Source of the DNA: Candidatus Subterrananammoxibius californiae
GTDB taxonomy: Bacteria > Planctomycetota > Brocadiia > Brocadiales > Subterrananammoxibiaceae
Assembly: GCA_030586555.1 (NCBI GenBank)
Contig: JAURAC010000002.1
Coordinates: forward strand, 32,001 to 96,000
Direction of reading: 5' to 3'
Length of the DNA: 64,000 nucleotides
Below, piece after piece: positions 57,475-64,000 of this stretch (position 1 is the first letter of the stretch; the number at the start of each line of letters is the position of its first letter). The position numbers and the translations under genes were made by a program. The notes beneath the pieces were generated by a model. The model saw only the letters and a list, made by a program, of their open reading frames with translations. It ran no database searches and was not told the origin of the DNA.

Positions 57475-58437
57475 ATGACAAAGAAGTTCATTTTCTCCCC
57501 TTTTTTCTTTTACCTGTTCCCTGTTTACTGTATCCTGACAGTTTTCTCTCCGGCTATTGGCAGCATTGCCTTCCCTGGGGCAATCGAAATTCCCGGCGTC
57601 TCGCAAGACAAGGAAAAGACCCTTCCTCAGGACTACAAGCTGGTTCAGGAATCTCTTATAGTTAAGGATGGCAAGGTTTATATTTACGTCTGGTATAAAG
57701 AGACCCATTCTGTTTCCATGTTAAAGCGGTTTTTACTACCCGATACCGTTGAATATGATGAAAACAGGGAGGAAATAGTTTATGTTGACGAGAGCAGCGA
57801 TAGGATTCCTGTCGGCACCGCCAAGAAATTCCTTGGACTCATTCCATATATTGCACTGAGCGAGGGCGTGAAGATTTTGAGTTCCCCCTATGAGACAAAG
57901 TTATATGTGCCCGTTGAAGAAGAGGGAGTCTTCGTAAAAAAGCTTGCAACGGGCGTGCGCAGGAAGGACATGGATACCAAACTCTCGGAAAAGTGCAGTC
58001 AATGCCATGTTCTGGAGTATATCTATTCACACAAAGAGTGGAGCGAGGAGGACTGCCTTCACGTCTTTAACAGGCTAAAATTGAAGGGACCCATACCACT
58101 TACAGAGGATGAGCAGACGTTAATTGATAAGTTCCTTGCCTACCAGAGGAAGGAGATAAAGAAGGAGGACATAGAGAAATTCAAGGAACTCCACGAAATA
58201 GGCAGGAAAGACGTTACGGACATTGCAAAACAGGTATACGATACTACCTGTGCCCCATGTCATAGCCCGGATAAGGCTGAAGAAATCACATCGAAATATT
58301 CAAAAAAGAGATGCGCCACTATTGTTTCAAGGATGCAGGAAAAAGACCCCTCGCTTATTCTGGAAGCGGATACCGACAGCTTAGCCTCCTATCTGTGGGA
58401 TCTGAAGATGAGACCAAGGAGTGAAGAAAAGCAATGA
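57475..58437 (+). CDS. Exported di-heme c-type cytochrome
   Basis: Signal sequence; CSQCH and CAPCH; V.RM distal Met-like motif in the second domain. Confidence 0.75.
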   Translation: MTKKFIFSPFFFYLFPVYCILTVFSPAIGSIAFPGAIEIPGVSQDKEKTLPQDYKLVQESLIVKDGKVYIYVWYKETHSVSMLKRFLLPDTVEYDENREEIVYVDESSDRIPVGTAKKFLGLIPYIALSEGVKILSSPYETKLYVPVEEEGVFVKKLATGVRRKDMDTKLSEKCSQCHVLEYIYSHKEWSEEDCLHVFNRLKLKGPIPLTEDEQTLIDKFLAYQRKEIKKEDIEKFKELHEIGRKDVTDIAKQVYDTTCAPCHSPDKAEEITSKYSKKRCATIVSRMQEKDPSLILEADTDSLASYLWDLKMRPRSEEKQ

Positions 58438-58578
58438 GCAACGAGCAATGAGTGATAAGTTTTCCTCATTGCTTATTGCTTATCAGAAGTCCTAACTTAA
58501 ACTCCACCTTTCTATCTTGCTACCGCAAAAGAAGGAAAAAGGATTGACAATCCTTCTTTTTTGTTAGAAAATAAAAAT

Positions 58579-58824
58579 ATGAAAACTTATACCTTTAAAG
58601 TTGTTATTGAACCAGACGAGAATCGTTGGCATGCGTACTGTCCAGCTCTTGAACAGTATGGAGCAGCTACTTGGGGGAATACTCAAGAAGAAGCCTTTAA
58701 ACACATTCGGGAGGTTATAGAAATGATTATTGAGGAACTAATTGAAGATGGAATAACGATCCCCGAGGTACCGAAAGAAGAAGTGATGGTATTCCCTGAA
58801 ACTCGAGTAGCGGTTACCGTTTAA
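58579..58824 (+). CDS. hicB: HicB-family antitoxin
   Basis: AYCPAL...GAATWG.T.EEA...I.E. Confidence 0.85.
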   Translation: MKTYTFKVVIEPDENRWHAYCPALEQYGAATWGNTQEEAFKHIREVIEMIIEELIEDGITIPEVPKEEVMVFPETRVAVTV

Positions 58825-58825
58825 C

Positions 58826-59077
58826 ATGCCAATTAACTACAGCCAATTAAAAAGTCTTACCGCCCGTGAAATTATTTCTGCTCTTATTAAAGACGGTTTT
58901 TATCTACGAAGACAGGCAGGAAGTCATCAACGCTACTGTCATCCTAATGGCCGAAGGGTGACAGTTTCTTTTCATCGAGCCTCTGATACCTTTCCTCCGA
59001 AAACACTAAAGAAAATTATTGAAGTTCAAGCCCAATGGGGTGAGAATGACTTAAAACACCTTAAACTTATAAATTAA
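58826..59077 (+). CDS. hicA: HicA-family toxin
   Basis: AL..DGF...RQ.GSH..Y.H..GRRVTV. Confidence 0.85.
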   Translation: MPINYSQLKSLTAREIISALIKDGFYLRRQAGSHQRYCHPNGRRVTVSFHRASDTFPPKTLKKIIEVQAQWGENDLKHLKLIN

Positions 59078-59163
59078 CTATCCCTACCTCCTTCCATCCA
59101 ACTTCCAATTATTCGTTAGTTTCCCTTGCAGAAACCCTAAAATCAGAGGTATACAGTACCCCT

Positions 59164-59229
59164 CTTATTCTGGAAGCAGATACCGACAGCTTAGCCGTCT
59201 ATTTATGGGACTTAAAGATGAGGCCAAGG
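59164..59229 (+). repeat. Diverged direct repeat of the cytochrome gene 3' end (58354-58419)
   Basis: 66 bp, 57 identical by manual alignment. Confidence 0.9.
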
Positions 59230-59273
59230 GAAGAGGCTAAGAGATTCCTGTCACACTTAAGGCTTTATGTGTT

Positions 59274-59720
59274 TCATAACATATCCAATTCTGTGCGAAG
59301 GATTACCCTCTTCCAATCATTTACGCCAGAATGCTGGGCGAACTCGTCCACCAAACCGATAGGCGAACCTGTACTTTTGACGGGCTTAAACACATGCCAG
59401 CCCTGAGCACGCACGTTGTCTCCGGAGACCACGAAGTGTTCGCTGTTATTATTGACCTTTTGAAAGCATTTTATTTCAATGGGGTGAATATGCCTGCAAG
59501 TCGTGCCAGAGGTAGATTCGCCGAGGCGAAGATTATTAATAGAGGACTTTCTAACAATAACTTTTCCGTTATCAAAGATAGTTATTACGCATTCTGAAAA
59601 TCTAAGCATTCTATAGGCAATAGCTTCATGGCTGGCGGTAGAATAAATCTTTTTCAATTCAAGCAGGTCAAAGTTACATTTCTTTGCGTCCATTTCAAAC
59701 CATTTTGCAGGCATGAGCAA
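59274..59720 (-). pseudogene. C-terminal fragment of an ImmA/IrrE-like protein
   Basis: LLMP..WF...L..L...Y.TAS.EAIA.R; the HExxH-containing N-terminus is absent. Confidence 0.5.
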
Positions 59721-60623
59721 GGAAAGGATAAATGAGAGGTCTAACCATTAAAAAAGGTAGCCCAGGACACCGTAAATTGTAGGATGTCGTACCTTCTATG
59801 CTCTTTGAGGCAAGAAGCTACATAAACATGAAGAGGTATGACAAAGCCTTAAAGCTATCATAGCAAACAAGAGAAAACCCAGGGCAGCAATCGGGTTTAA
59901 TATACGAAATAATGATGTTGGAACCTTTAGATTTTAATGATTTCATCTTGTTGTAAGAGGGATGTGCTAAAAGTTCAGAGAGAAAGACGACCTCATTTGA
60001 TACTGTACGGAGGGCTTTTGTGTAGAATGGGGAGATGAGTGTCCAAATAGGGTAGCTTAATGCGAAGAAAAGCACCGTCTTGCCGAAGAATATGAGCGTA
60101 TTACTGGCGACGGACCCGGACGAATCTTTCCACCCAAAAAAGCCAGAGAACCACCCCAAAAGCAATAATAATCGATTCTTCCGCAACGCCTTCGTTTGTA
60201 CTGGTATGCCATGTCGCATATATTATGTCGTTATAGTAGTCGTAGTAAGTAATTATAATTGTAATAGTTGTAGTCGTTGTAGTTAAAGAAAGCGATACAA
60301 TAATGTACATTATTGCGCTTTTTTGACACAAAAATGTGCAAGAGATTCCTGCCATGAGCTATGAGCTATGCAAGTTATTAGTCTGCCGATAATTAAAAAT
60401 AATTATTGCTTTTTATGTTATTTTGCTAGCTTTTTTTTGGCACCATATTTAAACACTTTTGTCTTGGCAACTTATAAAATATGTTTAAGTTGAGCTTTTT
60501 TTTGGCATCATGCTTGTAATATACCAAGGGTGGCTACCGATCTATAGGGAAGGCACCTTGCGAGGGCAAAGTGCCAGGATTGTTCGCCAAGACGAATATT
60601 TTTTATTTTATGAGGAGATAAAT

Positions 60624-60863
60624 ATGCGATGGATTTTGAAAAAGGGAAAACGAAGAAGAAATAATAGAGGAATGCTGGAGCCGACTGAAAGGATTTCAGA
60701 GTTAATCTTTGTAGTTTTAATGGCTATTTGTTGTATTGTGATGGTTTTATGGAATAATAACATAAGTCGCGATGCGTTTCTTGTTGCTCTCTTCCTGGCT
60801 ATTTTCGTCGGCCTCTTGATCCATATAATTTATATCCTATGTAAATTATGGCTACGGGGTTAA
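60624..60863 (+). CDS. Small two-TM membrane protein, possibly truncated
   Basis: GAGGAG RBS; LEP.ERISE.IF followed by two hydrophobic helices. Confidence 0.45.
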   Translation: MRWILKKGKRRRNNRGMLEPTERISELIFVVLMAICCIVMVLWNNNISRDAFLVALFLAIFVGLLIHIIYILCKLWLRG

Positions 60864-60890
60864 TCAGAACTGCGGTTTTCTTTCATTTAC

Positions 60891-61110
60891 GACCTTGCGG
60901 GATATAAGGTGTATTACGATTTTGATAATTCAGAACCTCCTTTTAATGGTACAAGCGCGACAGAAGGCAATTCCGGGGAGATATTTATCTACAGTACAGA
61001 AACCGCACAGTTGACATGATTGCCAGAGGGGGGTCATGTACGTAACAGTAACTGCATTTGACTACGAGGGCAACGAAAACGGCTATTCAGCCCAATTCTG
61101 TGAGTATTAA
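60891..61110 (+). pseudogene. Fibronectin type III domain remnant
   Basis: DLAGYKVYY...LT*L (TGA in place of Gly), then after a G-run frameshift YVTVTAFDYEGNE..YS. Confidence 0.6.
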
Positions 61111-61135
61111 TAACGGAGATGAATGGGAAGACGGC

Positions 61136-61354
61136 TCATACTGATACCTCAACCTGTTGTAAGCCGACAAATTTAGGAAGGTCTTCTATAGGTCCTGTAT
61201 ATTCTTCAAGACATACCTCAAGAACTTCCTTAAGATTTTTCTGGAGTTCGTCAAGAGTAACCCCCTGTGTATGTGCTCCTGAAATACCCGGTATAATTCC
61301 AACATATAGCTTTGTTTCTGGGTCCCATTCTACATAGGCTGTAAAGGTTTTCAT
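61136..61354 (-). CDS. hicB: HicB-family antitoxin followed by a 10-codon hicA stub (61107-61139)
   Basis: YVG..PG..GAHTQG.TLDEL..NL.EV; ATGA-overlapping MSRLPIHLRY*. Confidence 0.85.
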   Translation of the reverse strand: MKTFTAYVEWDPETKLYVGIIPGISGAHTQGVTLDELQKNLKEVLEVCLEEYTGPIEDLPKFVGLQQVEVSV

Positions 61355-61399
61355 GGTTCACCTCTAAGTTGTTTTATCGCCAGCCGGACAATAATTCCC

Positions 61400-62398
61400 C
61401 TAACTCAAACTCCACCTTGCCATTTCGAGGATGTCTGAGAACTTCCTGCCCCCTTCAAGCACAACGGTGGCTTCGTACCCGCTGTGCATCATGCAGTTCT
61501 TGCAGCGGGGGTCGTTGCCTGAACGATATTTTTCCCAATCGGTTGATGCCATAAGCTCCCGATATGTGCCGTAGTGAGTGTCTGTAATTAGATAACACGG
61601 GCTCTTCCAGCCGTGATAATTCTTTGTAGGGTTGCCCCATGGGGTACAAAGTAAATCCCTCTCCCCCCTCAAGAATTTCAAATAGAGTGGGCTATTTATA
61701 ACCTTGAACCTTTTAGAAAGATTATAGACAAACCCAAATTTTTGCTGAATCTCCTCTCGGCAGAGAAAAATATTGTTCCCATTATCCTCAAAGCTAAATC
61801 CTGGCGATACCAGCATCCCGTCCACACCTAATCTCTCAAGATATATAAACAATTTCTCAATTTCCCCGGGAATTGTGTTCTTGTAAATTGTGGTATTAGT
61901 GCATACCTTAAAGCCTGCCGACTTCGCCTTCTTAATGGCATCTGTTGCCCTCTTGAAAACCCCTTTTACGCCAGTAATGGCATCGTGTGTTTCTTCTAAC
62001 CCGTCAATGTGTACATTTATATTGAAATAAGGACTCGGTTTGAGTTTGTGCAATGATTCGGCTAATAATAAGCCATTTGTACATAAGTAGATGTGGCGTT
62101 TCTTGTCCAGAATGCCGCGTACAATATCCCCGATTTGGGGATGCATCAACGGCTCTCCACCTGTGACCGAGACTACCGGCGCATCGCACTCATCTACAGC
62201 AGATAAGCATTCCTCTACCCCCATTAGCTCACCGAGGGTCTCTCTGTATTCCCATATCCTGCCGCAGCCTTTACAGGCAAGGTTACAAAGATGAGTCACT
62301 TCAAGCATGAGAACAAGAGGAAATTTCTCTCTCGATGCAAGCCTATTTTTTAATAAATATTTTGCTAACGATGTTCCGAGTCTTGCCGAAACCCTCAT
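61400..62398 (-). CDS. hpnH: Hopanoid radical SAM enzyme HpnH
   Basis: PLVLMLE...CNLAC.GCG, CTPWG.P, PCYL, C.NCM.H.GYE. Confidence 0.9.
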   Translation of the reverse strand: MRVSARLGTSLAKYLLKNRLASREKFPLVLMLEVTHLCNLACKGCGRIWEYRETLGELMGVEECLSAVDECDAPVVSVTGGEPLMHPQIGDIVRGILDKKRHIYLCTNGLLLAESLHKLKPSPYFNINVHIDGLEETHDAITGVKGVFKRATDAIKKAKSAGFKVCTNTTIYKNTIPGEIEKLFIYLERLGVDGMLVSPGFSFEDNGNNIFLCREEIQQKFGFVYNLSKRFKVINSPLYLKFLRGERDLLCTPWGNPTKNYHGWKSPCYLITDTHYGTYRELMASTDWEKYRSGNDPRCKNCMMHSGYEATVVLEGGRKFSDILEMARWSLS

Positions 62399-62670
62399 TA
62401 TTATATCCCAATCTCAAAATCCCAAGAAACAATCGAAAAATTAATCACTTAATGTTATCCAACACCTATCCCTATGTCAAGAACTAATTGCTCGTTGACA
62501 TTGAGCTGGATAAGTAATACAATATAACCCGAATTTGAAAAGAAATAATTCAACAAAAATATCTAAACAAAAAAGTTAAAGAAGGAAGAATTTCAGAATA
62601 CGGGAGCCAGAATAAAGGAATTAGACCTCTGACTTCTGGATTCTGTCTTCTGACTTCTGAATTCTGGAAT

Positions 62671-63489
62671 ATGATAGCTATCGTCTGCGCCATGAGCTCG
62701 GAGGTTGAGCCAATTAAGGCGCAAATGAATGTCCTGAAAACCTTCAGTGAAGAAAGCGCCACATTTTACCAAGCAGAGTTTAACGGCTTCCCAATTACAA
62801 TTGTGCAATCCGGCATAGGCATGAGTAAGGCTGTAACAGTTACCAAACGCTTGCTACAGCTATTTAAGATACATCTCATAATTTCCGCCGGGTTTGCAGG
62901 TGGCTTGCAGGAAAGGATAAACGTTGGCGATTTGATAATTGCAAAAAACGTGCTATACGCAAAACATACTTGCATTGAGCGACCTGCAGGGGCGACCCGC
63001 CGGGTCGCCCCTACTTCGGAAGGATTGAAGGTTATTTCCAACCTGCCTTGCGAGTCCTCTTTTGTCAGATTAGCAAGAGACATTGGCAATGAAGAAGGTT
63101 TAAAGATACACGTAGGAGATATAATAACGGTAGATGAAATGATTGCACAATCTAAGACGAAGATGTCTCTGGGCGAAAATCTCTCGGCATTAGCTGTTGA
63201 TATGGAAACGGCATTTATTGGTCAGGTCGCATCCGACGCAGGCATCCCCTTTGTCTCCGTTCGTTCTATATCAGACGATGTAAATGATGATATAGTTGTG
63301 GATTTCAAGCATTTTGTGGATGACGCTGGAAACGTAAAATTTCGGTCTGTAGTCTCACAAATTTCCAAAGTTTTACCGCATATTGTTCAGTTGAGACAGA
63401 TGCATAAACAGGCAAAGATTGCAGCAACCACACTTGCGGCTTTCTTGCCACATTTTATAACCAGTTTATATAACCAAATCGTTTTCTGA
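62671..63489 (+). CDS. Nucleoside phosphorylase/nucleosidase, probably HpnG
   Basis: SGIG, G.AGGL, AVDMET, R.ISD; divergent from hpnH. Confidence 0.75.
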   Translation: MIAIVCAMSSEVEPIKAQMNVLKTFSEESATFYQAEFNGFPITIVQSGIGMSKAVTVTKRLLQLFKIHLIISAGFAGGLQERINVGDLIIAKNVLYAKHTCIERPAGATRRVAPTSEGLKVISNLPCESSFVRLARDIGNEEGLKIHVGDIITVDEMIAQSKTKMSLGENLSALAVDMETAFIGQVASDAGIPFVSVRSISDDVNDDIVVDFKHFVDDAGNVKFRSVVSQISKVLPHIVQLRQMHKQAKIAATTLAAFLPHFITSLYNQIVF

Positions 63490-63568
63490 ACTGTTATTGC
63501 GAGCTTAAGGCGAATCAATCCCAATGAGATTCCTCACTTCGCTCGGAATGACACAAAGAGGACACTTG

Positions 63569-64000
63569 ATGGGTAAGAAAATAGGCGTAGTAATGGGGAG
63601 TGATTCCGACCTCGATACAATGAAAGAGGCTTTAAACACTCTAAAGGAATTTGGCTTAGAATACGACGTAGACGTAATATCCTGCCATCGCGCACCTGAG
63701 CGAGCCTTTCAATATGCCACAGAGGCAGAAAAAAAGGGATACGGGGTAATTATTGCTGGCGCTGGTGGGGCAGCACATTTAGCAGGCGTATTAGCCTCGC
63801 TTACCACAATCCCTATAATTGGTGTGCCAATTATGACCACAGGTCTCAGCGGTCTTGACTCCCTCTATTCTATGGTCCAGATGCCGGGAGGAGTCCCGGT
63901 TGCAACAATGGCAATAGGAAAGGCAGGCGCAAAAAACGCTGGCGTCCTGGCGGCACAAATCTTTAGTATAGCCGACCCCACTTTAAGGAAAAAACTTGTT
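63569..64000 (+). CDS. purE: N5-CAIR mutase PurE, runs off the window end
   Basis: Manual translation: MGKKIGVVMGSDSD...SCHRAP...GAGGAAHLAG...SMVQMPGGVPVAT. Confidence 0.93.
   Translation, partial: MGKKIGVVMGSDSDLDTMKEALNTLKEFGLEYDVDVISCHRAPERAFQYATEAEKKGYGVIIAGAGGAAHLAGVLASLTTIPIIGVPIMTTGLSGLDSLYSMVQMPGGVPVATMAIGKAGAKNAGVLAAQIFSIADPTLRKKLV

Noticed and set aside
58354..59229. Diversity-generating retroelement template/variable repeat pair
   Set aside because: Mismatches are not adenine-specific (C/T and T/G occur), they are mostly synonymous, and no reverse transcriptase is in the window.
61017..61019. Selenocysteine or readthrough TGA in the FN3 fragment
   Set aside because: It falls at the Gly of LTGL and is followed by a frameshift, so pseudogenisation is simpler.
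254..63089. Numerous 60-190 aa ORFs antisense to or overlapping the called genes (e.g. 46455-47033, 55440-55958, 54632-54871)
   Set aside because: They have no recognisable motifs and are explained as shadows of real genes or repeat tracts.

Overview
A 64-kb chromosomal window from an anammox planctomycete (Candidatus Brocadiales-like). The assignment rests mainly on an octaheme hydrazine dehydrogenase gene (38722-40440); hopanoid genes (hpnH, hpnG-like) are consistent with it. The first 14 kb (minus strand) is an energy-metabolism cluster: argC, iscS, iscU, 2-oxoacid:ferredoxin oxidoreductase alpha/beta, a rubredoxin-like ORF, then an operon for a Na+-NQR/Rnf hybrid complex (RnfC-like subunit with 2x[4Fe-4S] plus NqrBCDEF), an internally duplicated malic enzyme whose two halves have lost complementary catalytic residues, and the start of hypF. 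The remainder is largely housekeeping (groEL, hsp20, lon, typA, kdsD, tRNA-CAT, a two-component pair, mlaEFD, tnaA, cobM, RND efflux, gspHGE, hslVU, purE), plus a 14-repeat LVIVD surface protein, five toxin-antitoxin modules (three with damaged toxins) and a decayed islet at 59.2-61.4 kb. The window is dense with several families of 15-30 bp palindromes and 7-bp-periodic hairpin tracts, which are inserted in frame in genes and nested inside each other. Several promoter-driven candidate small RNAs and leader peptides are also present. All calls come from motif recognition by eye; no database searches were run.
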